The notes beneath the pieces are model-generated. The model was given only the letters and a program-made list of their open reading frames with translations. It did no database searches and was not told where the DNA came from. From assembly GCA_965213675.1 (NCBI GenBank), contig OZ243916.1, positions 224,001-288,000 of the forward strand: 64,000 nt of DNA, in the 5' to 3' direction. The translations under genes and the position numbers were made by a program. The stretch's first letter is position 1; each line of letters starts with the position of its first letter. This document shows positions 9,709-22,571 of the stretch, one piece after another. Source of the stretch: an uncultured Candidatus Binatia bacterium. GTDB taxonomy: Bacteria > Desulfobacterota > Binatia > UBA9968 > JAJDTQ01.

Positions 9709-11880
9709 TCATGCCGCCGCCAGTCCCGCCGCGCGTCTCCTCCTCTGCAACAGATACAGGCCGGCGAAAACGACCCAGGCGGCGAATTGCACGGTCATGC
9801 GCAAAGAGTCGGCGTCGCCCACCAGCAGGGCAGGGCGAAAGGCGGCGAGGCAGATGGCAAGCAACAGGATCCGTTCGGGCCAGCCGCAGCGATCGGCGAA
9901 GAAACCCTGCATGGCCGCGGCAAAGGCCATCATGGCCACCAGGCCGTTGATTATGACCCAGCCGACGGAGAACAGGTCGGTCAACCAGATGATGGCGCCG
10001 TCGGCCGCGACTCCCGCGATGAGCAACAGTTCCAGGTTGAAGATGAATACGAACGGCAGGATCGCCGTGCGCAGGTCGTACGTGAACCCCTGGAGGCCGG
10101 TCTTGATGGGGTCGGACCCGGCGATGGCGGAAGCCGCAAAGGCCGCCAGGCCCACCGGCGGCGTGTCGTCCGCAAGGATGCCGAAGTAGAACACGAACAG
10201 ATGAGCCGCCAGCACCGGAATCACCAGGCCCGCCTGCCCGCCCAGGGTCACGATCACCGGCGCCGTCAGGGTGGCCATGACGATGTAGTTGGCGGTGGTG
10301 GGGAGCCCCATGCCCAGGATCAGGCTGGTGACGGCGGTCAGAATCAGCATCAGCACCACGTTGCCCAGGGATATGATCTCGATGGCCTCGATGAACCGGC
10401 TGCTGAGGCCCGTGAGGGTGACGGTGCCCACGATGATGCCCGCGGCCGCGGTGGCCACCGCGATGGGTGCCATGTTGCGGGCGCCGGATACGCAGCCCTG
10501 CAGGATATCCCGGATGCTCCACGCCAAACCCTGCAAGAACGCCTGCCCGAGCGAACCGGCCGCCGGGCTGTCGGGTGACGGTTGGAGGACCGCCACGCAA
10601 CTCTGGACCACCCGCTGGATGACCATGATGGCCAGGGTCAGGAGAATGGCGTTGAAGGCCGCCGAGACCGCCGAGAACCGAAGAATCACCAGCGTGTAGA
10701 TCAGCGCCACTATCGGGATCAGGAAATGGACGCCCTTCAGGAACGTGGACCAGAATGGCGGCAACTCTTGTACGGGTATCGCCGTCAGGTTCAGCTTGAG
10801 CGCTTCGAGGTGGACCACGTAGAGCAGCGCGATGTACGAAAGCACCGCCGGAATAGCGGCAGCGGTCACCACGTCGATGTACGGGAGCCCCAGAAACTCC
10901 GCCATGATGAAGGCAGCCGCGCCCATGACCGGCGGCAGGAGCTGCCCGTTGGTGCTTGCGCCCACCTCCACCGCTCCGGCCTTGTAGGCCGGGAGCCCCA
11001 CACGCTTCATCAGCGGGATGGTGAAGGTGCCCGTGGTGGCCACGTTGGCGATGGACGAGCCGGACACCATGCCTGTCAGGCCCGAGGCGAGCACCGCGGC
11101 CTTGGCTGGTCCGCCGCGGAAACGGCCCACCATGGCGTAGGCCACCTGCACGAAGTACTCCGCCGCCCCCGCCCGGTCCAGCAGCGCCCCGAACAGCACG
11201 AACAGGAAAACGAAATCGGTGGATACACCCAGCGGCACACCCCAGATGCCGCTGTCCGACAGATACATGTGGTCGACGACGAACTCGAAGGGGATGCCTG
11301 GGTGGGCGAGAAACCTCGGCAGGTACGGACCGATGAAGCAGTAGAGCAGAAAGACCCCGCCCAGCGCCGGCAGCGCCAGCCCCAGGGAGCGCCGCGCCGA
11401 CTCGAGCAGCAGAAGGACGAAGGCTCCACCGATGTAGACGTCCCTTGCCAGCGGGAGGCCGGAACGTTCGATGATCCCTTCGTAGTCCCACGCAAGGTAG
11501 GCGGTGCCGCAGGCCGCCAGGGCCGCGATGACGAAGTCGTACCAGGGAATCTTGACCGGATCGCGCTTGCGCCGGCCCGGAAACAGTTGCTGCATCCAGG
11601 CGTTGAAGCGCTCCAGCGTCGCGGCCCGCCGAATGGCCGGGAACGCCAGATAGACCAGCAACACTGCGAAGGTCAGGTGGATGCTGCGGGCGATGATGGA
11701 GTTGAGGGGGTGGTAGGCGATGTAGAGCTGGAACAGCGACCAGCAGAGCGCAAGCACCCAGAGGAACCCCCCGACCGGTCCGCCGGGGGAACGGGTTTTT
11801 CCTTCGCCCTCGCCAAGCTCGGCCAACGCTTCGAGGTCGACGGTTTCGCCAGCAGTGTCGTCGTGATCGGATGAACTCAC
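9709..11880 (-). CDS. TRAP transporter fused 4TM/12TM permease (TAXI type)
   Basis: GGPAKAAV, TGTFTIPLMK, GMGLPTTANY, DDTPPVGLAA. Confidence 0.92.
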   Translation of the reverse strand: MSSSDHDDTAGETVDLEALAELGEGEGKTRSPGGPVGGFLWVLALCWSLFQLYIAYHPLNSIIARSIHLTFAVLLVYLAFPAIRRAATLERFNAWMQQLFPGRRKRDPVKIPWYDFVIAALAACGTAYLAWDYEGIIERSGLPLARDVYIGGAFVLLLLESARRSLGLALPALGGVFLLYCFIGPYLPRFLAHPGIPFEFVVDHMYLSDSGIWGVPLGVSTDFVFLFVLFGALLDRAGAAEYFVQVAYAMVGRFRGGPAKAAVLASGLTGMVSGSSIANVATTGTFTIPLMKRVGLPAYKAGAVEVGASTNGQLLPPVMGAAAFIMAEFLGLPYIDVVTAAAIPAVLSYIALLYVVHLEALKLNLTAIPVQELPPFWSTFLKGVHFLIPIVALIYTLVILRFSAVSAAFNAILLTLAIMVIQRVVQSCVAVLQPSPDSPAAGSLGQAFLQGLAWSIRDILQGCVSGARNMAPIAVATAAAGIIVGTVTLTGLSSRFIEAIEIISLGNVVLMLILTAVTSLILGMGLPTTANYIVMATLTAPVIVTLGGQAGLVIPVLAAHLFVFYFGILADDTPPVGLAAFAASAIAGSDPIKTGLQGFTYDLRTAILPFVFIFNLELLLIAGVAADGAIIWLTDLFSVGWVIINGLVAMMAFAAAMQGFFADRCGWPERILLLAICLAAFRPALLVGDADSLRMTVQFAAWVVFAGLYLLQRRRRAAGLAAA

Positions 11881-11996
11881 GGGGCCGCCTGGCTGGCCTG
11901 TGCCATTGGTGTTTCCGTCAAGTGGACCGGCCCGGGGCCGGGCGCTTCCGCCCGGGCCCCGAGCCGTGTGTCATTTCGGAGCAGAAGGCCGGTGGA

Positions 11997-12962
11997 TTAC
12001 TGCCAGCCCTTCTCCTTGTAGTACTTCATCGCTCCCGGATGCAACGGAGCCGAGAGTCCCCCAAGCATGTCCTTGGGCTGAAGGTTCCTGAAGTTGGCGT
12101 ACGAATTGCGGAGCGTGTCGAGGTTTTCGAACAGAGTCTTCACCACCGTGTACACCGAGTCGGCCGACTCCTTCTCGCCGGTGACGAAGGTCGCCTTCAC
12201 GGCATAGGTCGGAACGTCATTGTCCACGCCCTTGTAGGTCCCGCCGGGGATCTTGGTCATGACGTAGAACGGGTTGTCCGCCACCAGCTTCTTGATCGGC
12301 GCGGTGTCCAGCGGCACGATGTCGATGGCGGTGCTGTTGGCGATCTCGAGGCCGCCGCCCCAAGGCACACCGATGGTGTAGAAGAATGCATCGATCTTCT
12401 TGTCTACCAGCGCGCGGTTGGCCTCGTTCTGCTGCAGACCTTCGGCCTTGATGTCCTTGTCCTTGTCGATGCCGTTGAGACGCAGCACATCCTCAGCGTT
12501 GCCCCGCTGTCCGGATCCGGGGTTTCCGATGTTGACGCGCTTGCCCTTGAGGTCGGCGATGGTCTTGATGCCCGTATCCTTGCGGGTCACCAGCATGACC
12601 GCCTCGGGATGGACGGTGAAGACCGTACGCAGTCCCTTGTCTGGTTTGCCCTCCCAGTTCTTCTTGCCATTGGCCGCGGCCCAAACCCAGTCGGACTGGG
12701 CCACGCCGTAGTTCAGCAACCCCCGCTGGATGGATCGGATGTTGAAGACCGATCCGAGCGCCGGCCGGCCGATGCAGTTGTATCCCTTGCTGCCCAGCTT
12801 GTCATTGACGATCTTGCAGATGTTCAATGCCACCTGGTAGTAGACGCCGGTCGTGGAGCCGCCGCCGATAACCAGGAAGTTCTGTGCAGCCGCGTCCTTG
12901 GCCGCCACGGTCATGGCGCCGCACAGCGCCAGACCGATCATCAACGTGAATAAGCGTTTCAT
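11997..12962 (-). CDS. TAXI family TRAP solute-binding protein
   Basis: Signal peptide, GGSTTGVYY, DLKGKRVNIG.PGSG, PLHPGA.KYY. Confidence 0.93.
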   Translation of the reverse strand: MKRLFTLMIGLALCGAMTVAAKDAAAQNFLVIGGGSTTGVYYQVALNICKIVNDKLGSKGYNCIGRPALGSVFNIRSIQRGLLNYGVAQSDWVWAAANGKKNWEGKPDKGLRTVFTVHPEAVMLVTRKDTGIKTIADLKGKRVNIGNPGSGQRGNAEDVLRLNGIDKDKDIKAEGLQQNEANRALVDKKIDAFFYTIGVPWGGGLEIANSTAIDIVPLDTAPIKKLVADNPFYVMTKIPGGTYKGVDNDVPTYAVKATFVTGEKESADSVYTVVKTLFENLDTLRNSYANFRNLQPKDMLGGLSAPLHPGAMKYYKEKGWQ

Positions 12963-13221
12963 GGTGTTCTCCTTCAGTCTACGTTTCCGGTCATTAGACT
13001 ATTTCGTGAGTCAACAGTCGATGTCCATGCCACAACGGGTTCGGCAATGCAACAGGAAGTTTTTATAATGATCGTTAAGCGAAATGGGCGCCCGCTGGTG
13101 GATTGGTGGAAATTTGCGGCATCCTGGGATAGGACTCTATGGGAAAGGCAATCGGTATTTCGAGAGGTTCTGAAAGGCCCCCGCGGCAGTGTTGTCCCGG
13201 CCGCCGGGCGGGAGGGTGCGC

Positions 13222-13956
13222 GTGAACGGCGACGGCCAGGGAAACGCGCCGTTCGTGGGTATCACCACATACGGTCGCGGTCCGCACAACCGGTTCGTGC
13301 TGCCGGCGGAGTACGTGGACGCGGTGCGCCGGGGCGGCGGTATCCCGTTGCTTCTGCCCCCGGGGGAGGAGCGCACGGAGTCGATCCTGCCTATCCTCAA
13401 GGCGGTGGTGCTCAGCGGCGGCGGCGATATCGGCCCTGAACTCTACGGTGGCAACCACCATGAGACCATCTACATGGTGGAGCCGGAGCGGGACCGCAGC
13501 GAGATCGACCTGGCCCGGCGCGTGTTCGACCTGGGGGTTCCCACTCTGGCCATTTGTCGCGGGAGCCAGATCCTGAACGTGGCCCGGGGCGGGACTCTGA
13601 TCGAGCACCTGCCCGACGAGGTGGGAGAGGCGGTGATCCACCGGGCGCCGCCGCGTGAGCCCACCCCTCATGCGGTCCGGGTGGAGCCGGCATCCCGGCT
13701 GGCCGGCATCCTGGGCGCCACGGAATTCTCGTGCCTGTCGTGGCATCACCAGGCCGTGCGCCGGGTGGCTCCGGACTTCGAAGTCGCGGCGCACGCCCCG
13801 GACGGCACCATCGAAGGACTGGAGGCGCCGTCGCACCCGTGGCTCATCGCGGTGCAGTGGCACCCCGAGTTGACCGCCGCCGAAGACCCCGTTCAGCAAC
13901 GCCTGTTCGACGCCCTGCTCAGGGCCGCGGGCACGAGCCAACCTCGCGTCCCGTGA
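13222..13956 (+). CDS. gamma-glutamyl-gamma-aminobutyrate hydrolase family (peptidase C26, PuuD-like)
   Basis: LSGGGDI, AICRGSQ.LNV, SWHHQAV, AVQWHPE. Confidence 0.9.
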   Translation: MNGDGQGNAPFVGITTYGRGPHNRFVLPAEYVDAVRRGGGIPLLLPPGEERTESILPILKAVVLSGGGDIGPELYGGNHHETIYMVEPERDRSEIDLARRVFDLGVPTLAICRGSQILNVARGGTLIEHLPDEVGEAVIHRAPPREPTPHAVRVEPASRLAGILGATEFSCLSWHHQAVRRVAPDFEVAAHAPDGTIEGLEAPSHPWLIAVQWHPELTAAEDPVQQRLFDALLRAAGTSQPRVP

Positions 13957-13993
13957 GTTCCTGCGATCAGTCGCGCAGGAATGCTTTGGTGCG

Positions 13994-14082
13994 GGCAAGG
14001 CGCGACGACACGCAGGGGCGACCGGCGGTCGCCCCCTCTGGCGATCACCAAGCGAGGAAACGCAACGCAGCCGGCGGCAAAC
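13994..14082 (+). repeat. diverged F1-like core without terminal repeats, containing a REP-like palindrome
   Basis: GGCAAGGCGCGACGAC...GCGAGGAAACGCAACGCAGCCGGCGGC aligns by eye to the F1 core; inner GGGGCGACCGGCGGTCGCCCC palindrome. Confidence 0.6.
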
Positions 14083-14163
14083 CGGTCACTGGCCGCAGAA
14101 GCCTTCGGAACACGACACGACCGTCGCGTCCCGTCCGGCACGAGAGAAGGAGCACGTGAGGGC

Positions 14164-17844
<3,681 letters not shown>

Positions 17845-17958
17845 ACAACCCCACCCCGTCACCCTGGCACGGGTCCGCCGAGACGGCGACCGCCGCCGGC
17901 CCCTGCATGGATGCGTTCCAGGCCGAACACAGGCGACCCACGGACTCCGGCTCGCGCT

Positions 17959-18777
17959 TCACGCAGTCAGGAACGTGGTGATCAGCGCAGCGGCTTTCTC
18001 TGGAGCTTCCGCCTGCGGGCTATGCCCGGCGCCCTGGACGATCTGGACGCCGCCGGCGCCGCGGATGCCTTCCGCGTAGGCTTCGCCGTGGGCCAATGGC
18101 GCCATGCGGTCGGATTCGCCCCACACGACCTGGGTCGGCGCGGAGATGCGGCGCAGCCGGCTCCGCAGCGAGCGGTTGTAGAAATAGGGCGGGTTGAAGC
18201 CGAACCGGTTGGTGAAGCGCAGCATCTGATAGCGGCGCAACTCGTCCTCGATGTTTTCGGCGCGGCCGTCGGGGAAGAGCGCATGGCCTGCGGGCGTTCC
18301 GGCGCTTTCGAACAGCATCGCCCGCAGCTCGGAGTAGTCGGTGCCGCGCACCGGGTGGGACATCATGAAGATGTCGCCGATGGGCGCCCCGGAAACGAAC
18401 AGGCCCAGGGCGTCGATGAGCACGAGGCGGCGGACCTTCTCGGGGTGGCGCGCGGCCAGTTCCGCGGCGATCCAGCCGCCGGCGCAGGCGCCCACCAGGT
18501 GGAAGCGGTCGAGCCCCAGGGCGTCGATGACTTCGAGGTAATGGAACACCAGGTCCTCGGCGGACTCCAGGTATTCGATCTCGTCGGACGCGGCGCAGCC
18601 CGGGTGGGCCGGGGCAAACAGCCGGCAGCGCTCCATGAGCTTTTCGTGGAACGGCATCCAGCCCTCGGTGACCGCGTGCACATCGGCGAAGCCGTGCAGG
18701 TAGAGGGTGGGCTCGCCCACGCCGTCCTCCAGCACGGTGACGTTCCGGCCGTGGATGTCGAGAGTGCGCCGGCTCAT
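17959..18777 (-). CDS. alpha/beta fold hydrolase with Cys at the nucleophile position
   Basis: YLHG, HLVGACAGGWIA, VWGESD, GAGH; start overlaps the LLM gene stop. Confidence 0.82.
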   Translation of the reverse strand: MSRRTLDIHGRNVTVLEDGVGEPTLYLHGFADVHAVTEGWMPFHEKLMERCRLFAPAHPGCAASDEIEYLESAEDLVFHYLEVIDALGLDRFHLVGACAGGWIAAELAARHPEKVRRLVLIDALGLFVSGAPIGDIFMMSHPVRGTDYSELRAMLFESAGTPAGHALFPDGRAENIEDELRRYQMLRFTNRFGFNPPYFYNRSLRSRLRRISAPTQVVWGESDRMAPLAHGEAYAEGIRGAGGVQIVQGAGHSPQAEAPEKAAALITTFLTA

Positions 18778-20018
18778 GCCACCGCTCCCGCCGCAAGGGT
18801 TTCTTCCAAGCGCGGATAAGCCTTGGCGAAGGCCCGCGCGGAGTCTTCCCGCAGCGCTGGCGCCACTTCGGTGGCGAACAGGCGCTGGCTCTTGCGGACC
18901 AGCTCGCCCGGCATGTTGCCCAGGTGGAACTGGATCAGCAGGTTCCCCACCTGGGACTTCTCGATGAGGCTCAGGATCTTCCGGTGCACGGTCTCGGGAC
19001 TGCCCACCACGATGGACTGGGCCTTGTCCAGTTCGTCCCAGTCGTTGACGTCGCCCAGCATGGCGCGGTTGGGGTCGGAGTGTTTCAGGAACTCCCTCCA
19101 CGCGGGCGCCGGGATGTAGGGCACGCCCGCGCCAAACGTGAGTTGGCGGCCTTCCTTGCGCAGGTGCCCCTTGAGGCAGTTGCGCAGGAAGTACCAGACT
19201 CCCTCCTCGCACTCTTCCTTCGCTTGGGCGTCGGTCTCGCTTACGTACGCCGACATGAGGATGCCCATGCGGAACGGCTGGTAGCTGTCGCCGTGATCTT
19301 CCAACACCTTGGAGAACTGCTCCCGCGCCTTGTAGGTCTCGCCGCCGTGGCTGCGGGACGAAAGGAAGTAGCAGTAGCCGCGCTTGGCCACCTCGGTGAG
19401 GGTGGACGCGCTGCGCGAGCCGGGCACCCAGATGGGCGGATGGGGCTTTTGGATGGGTTTGGGCCAAGGGTTGACGTAGCGCAGCGGATAGTAGTGGCCT
19501 TCGTGGTGGAACGGTCCGTCATCCGTCCACGAGCGCACCACCAGGTCCACCGCTTCCCAGAAGCGCTCGCGCGAAGTCACCGAGGGAATGTCGTAGTTGT
19601 AGTTCTCCGGTCCGCCGCCCGGGGCGAAGCCCGCGATGACGCGCCCGTTGCTCATGTTGTCGAGCATGGCGTATTCCTCGGCCACCCGGAGCGGGTTGTT
19701 GTGCAGCGGCAGCAGGTTCCCGAGAACGACGATCTTCGCCTTGCTGGAGCGCTGGGTCAGCGCCGCCGCAATGAGATTGGGCGACGGCATCAGGCCGTAG
19801 ATGTTCTGGTGGTGCTCGTTCAGCACCAGCCCGTCGAAGCCCAGCTCGTCGGCGTAGGCGAGCTGATCGATGTATTCCTGGAACAGGCCGCGGGACTTCT
19901 CCGAGTCCCACAGGTTGTTGGGAACCGTCACCCAACCGGTGTCGTACTTCTCATCGAAGTCCTCGGGGAGATGCGGATACGCCATGAAGTGCCAGCAGAA
20001 CAGTTGTACCGGGTGCAT
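18774..20018 (-). CDS. LLM class (luciferase-like) flavin-dependent oxidoreductase
   Basis: ADELGFDGLVLNEHHQ, PLRVAEEYAMLD, PKPIQKPHPPIW; GGAGG RBS before the ATG at 20018. Confidence 0.9.
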   Translation of the reverse strand: MHPVQLFCWHFMAYPHLPEDFDEKYDTGWVTVPNNLWDSEKSRGLFQEYIDQLAYADELGFDGLVLNEHHQNIYGLMPSPNLIAAALTQRSSKAKIVVLGNLLPLHNNPLRVAEEYAMLDNMSNGRVIAGFAPGGGPENYNYDIPSVTSRERFWEAVDLVVRSWTDDGPFHHEGHYYPLRYVNPWPKPIQKPHPPIWVPGSRSASTLTEVAKRGYCYFLSSRSHGGETYKAREQFSKVLEDHGDSYQPFRMGILMSAYVSETDAQAKEECEEGVWYFLRNCLKGHLRKEGRQLTFGAGVPYIPAPAWREFLKHSDPNRAMLGDVNDWDELDKAQSIVVGSPETVHRKILSLIEKSQVGNLLIQFHLGNMPGELVRKSQRLFATEVAPALREDSARAFAKAYPRLEETLAAGAVA

Positions 20019-20167
20019 GTTTCCTCCGTTGGAGCCACCGAGGTCAGCCCTGGGCCGATGGGTCGAGGAATCCTGACTTCCTGAGTCGAGATCGAATGCA
20101 TCAAGAATTCGGGTGTTGCGTCTGGAGATATGTCGTCCCAACTGCCGGGGCTCTTCGCCGCGGGATG

Positions 20168-20319
20168 CTAGTGTGGTGTCTGGTTAATTCGCGTCATAAT
20201 CTGCGGGTCTTTTTCGCCGTCGGCTGCGTTGCTCTTCCTCGCGTGGTCTGCTCGTCATCGCGCCTTGCCGACAACAAAAAATCCTCCGCAGATTATGGCG
20301 AATTCAGACACCACACTAG
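20168..20319 (-). mobile_element. F1 MITE-like element, copy 2 (internally deleted, 152 bp)
   Basis: Same terminal repeats and core as copy 1 in opposite orientation; CTAG at both ends. Confidence 0.88.
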
Positions 20320-20513
20320 GAGCCTGTCCGAGTAGTAGTCAAAGCGACTTCCTTTTATTTGCCTGGCGACGCTCCGGACGGGAGGCGAGATGACGTTTGA
20401 CAATCGTTGGTCTGAGTGAAGCCGAGGGACGGCATTTCGAGTTCGAGGTGGTCCTGTTCGTGGCCGCAAACGCAAGACAAGGCTCTTTCAGGCGTGCCGA
20501 GGCGCGGTGGGCA

Positions 20514-20542
20514 TGCCAGCAGAACAGTTGTACCGGGTGCAT
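20514..20542 (-). pseudogene. duplicated first ~10 codons (MHPVQLFCWH) of the LLM gene
   Basis: Identical to 19990-20018, then diverges. Confidence 0.75.
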
Positions 20543-20718
20543 GTTTCCTCCGTTGGAGCCACCGAGGTCAGCCCGTGGGCCGATGGGTCGAGGAATCCTG
20601 ACTTCCTGAGTCGAGATCGAATGCATCAAGAATTCGGGTGTTGCTGGGCGTTGTAGCCCTGGATGAAACCGTCTGGAGATATGTCGTCCCAACTGCCGGG
20701 GCTCTTCGCCGCGGGCGC

Positions 20719-20886
20719 CTAGTGTGGTGTCTGGTTAATACGCGTCATAATCTGCGGGTCTTATTCGCCGTCGGCTGCGTTGCTCTTCCTCGCGTGGTAC
20801 GCGCCACTGCGAATCGTCATCGCGCCTTGCCGACGACAAAAAGTCCTCCGCAGATTATGACCCGAATTATCCAGACACCACACTAG
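20719..20886 (-). mobile_element. F1 MITE-like element, copy 3 (168 bp)
   Basis: Terminal repeats and core conserved; right-hand CTAG supplies the stop of the SH3 gene. Confidence 0.9.
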
Positions 20887-21449
20887 GTAAAGCTCCGGGT
20901 GCGCGCCTTTCTCCTCAGACGGACACGGGTCATGCCCAACAGCCAGCCGATGAGGAGCACGCCGGCGCCGCTGATGAACCACCAGAGGCGCTCGTCGCGC
21001 TCGAAGTTGGCGGCTTCCCGTTGCAGGCGTTGCAGCAGGCGCCGGTCGCCCTCGTGGTCGTTTGCGAGCTTGTCGTTGCGCTCAGTGAGGTTCCGGTTCT
21101 CGTCACGAAGCCGCTCCAGTTCGGCGGCCTGAACCTCGACCCTTTCGCTCAGCTCTTCGAGGCGCCGCTCCGGCGGGGCCTCGTTTGTGAGAAAGTTCTT
21201 GAGCACGTAGCCCTGGCGCCCGTCCGGGAGGGAGACGCGGTTGTATTCACCCTCCTCTCCGAGGATACGCATCTCGTTGCCGGTCTTCAGCACCGCGAGG
21301 ATCCGGTGCCCCACGCTCGGACCCGTGCGCAGCATCACCTCGCGATAGCCGCTGACGTACGCGCTTTGCGCGTGGCACAACCCTGTCAACGCGAAGGTCC
21401 ACAGGGCCGCGAGCCACAGACAGCGGACGGTGGCAGGCGCCCGTTTCAT
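20883..21449 (-). CDS. SH3 domain protein with coiled coil and C-terminal TM anchor (YgiM/TIGR04211-like)
   Basis: Signal peptide, MLRTGPS...RIL..L..G, coiled coil, WFISGAGVLLIG.LLG followed by a basic tail. Confidence 0.85.
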   Translation of the reverse strand: MKRAPATVRCLWLAALWTFALTGLCHAQSAYVSGYREVMLRTGPSVGHRILAVLKTGNEMRILGEEGEYNRVSLPDGRQGYVLKNFLTNEAPPERRLEELSERVEVQAAELERLRDENRNLTERNDKLANDHEGDRRLLQRLQREAANFERDERLWWFISGAGVLLIGWLLGMTRVRLRRKARTRSFT

Positions 21450-22312
21450 CCGTGACAACCCATCTGACCCAGAACGGTGCGCGACATGAGGCTGTCCCGT
21501 TCGCCCAGTTGTCCCGAGACCGAGAAGTGGTGCGCGCCGGGCACCTCCAGGTAACTGCAATCGACGCCGCGCTCCTGACACAGGGCGAAGAAGTCCCGCG
21601 ACATGCCGATCCAGCCGCGGCTCTCCGCCTTGCCCACGGCCACCACGAGCGGAGTCCGGTCCAGGGGCGGATGCAGCAGCGCACTCATCTCCCGCGCGCT
21701 CTCGGGCGTCAGGCGGATGTCCTCGTTGACCGAGACGTGGAAGACGGGGTCCGGGTCGTAGACGCCTGTGATGGCCACCGCGCCCTTGAGGATGTCCCTG
21801 GGGAGGCCGTCTTCCTCCCAGCGGTGGCCCACGGCCCGCGCCGTCAGATGTCCACCGGCGGAGGAACCGGTCAGGTAAAGTCGTTCCGGGTCGCCGCCGT
21901 ACTCCGCGATGTGGCGGTACACCCACGCGACGCCTTCGCGGGTCTCGCGCATGATGTCGGGCACGGTAACCTGCGGGCAGAGGTCGTATTCGAGCAATAC
22001 CGTCGTGGCCCCGGCCTCGAAGAACGGCTCCGAGATGAAGCTGTAGGCATCCTTGCTGCCGCCGCGCCAGTAGCCGCCGTGGATGTAGATCTGCACCGGC
22101 GCGCCGGACCGTTCCGCCGGGAAGATGTCCAGGGTCATCCGCGGCCCGTCGCCGTAGCGCACGTCGCGATGGTGCTTCAGCTTCGCGCGGGTGGCCTCGC
22201 TGGCCTGCTCGCGCTCCGCGCTCCACCGGGGATAGTCGGGCACGGTGACGCGGGGATTGAACTGGTACTCCATCTGGTCGCGATGAAAGTCCTTGTATAC
22301 CGCTTCCGCCAT
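21446..22312 (-). CDS. alpha/beta hydrolase (arylformamidase/esterase-like)
   Basis: YIHGGYW, GSSAGGHL, HHF. Confidence 0.87.
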   Translation of the reverse strand: MAEAVYKDFHRDQMEYQFNPRVTVPDYPRWSAEREQASEATRAKLKHHRDVRYGDGPRMTLDIFPAERSGAPVQIYIHGGYWRGGSKDAYSFISEPFFEAGATTVLLEYDLCPQVTVPDIMRETREGVAWVYRHIAEYGGDPERLYLTGSSAGGHLTARAVGHRWEEDGLPRDILKGAVAITGVYDPDPVFHVSVNEDIRLTPESAREMSALLHPPLDRTPLVVAVGKAESRGWIGMSRDFFALCQERGVDCSYLEVPGAHHFSVSGQLGERDSLMSRTVLGQMGCHG

Positions 22313-22571
22313 TGGCGTTCCTCCTTGGCCGTCTCCCCGCGGTCTTTCGAAGTTTCGCCGGCGTCGTTGGGCGCATGGCCGGAATGATGCGGGGCGAAAG
22401 ACGCCGGACTCCCGGCTTCTGTACCAGATTGGCCCGTGGGACGCGACACTGGTTTCGCCGGACGGGCGCCGTACGAACCTCCGGTTTCCGGGAAAATCGA
22501 CAGCCTCGGGTCGTCCTTGAAGAGCCCCGGGCGTGCTTGTCACCGTCGGGATATTGCCGTAAGGAAACGGT

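Larger units (their letters stand above)
19990..20886. repeat. imperfect tandem duplication (19990-20319 vs 20514-20886) of the LLM 5' end, its upstream region and an F1 element
   Basis: Near-identical sequence blocks differing by a 26-nt indel and small changes. Confidence 0.9.

Noticed and set aside
13960-14163. SAM or cobalamin riboswitch upstream of metH
   Set aside because: No recognisable consensus; the segment aligns better with the F1 repeat core. An Rfam scan would settle it.
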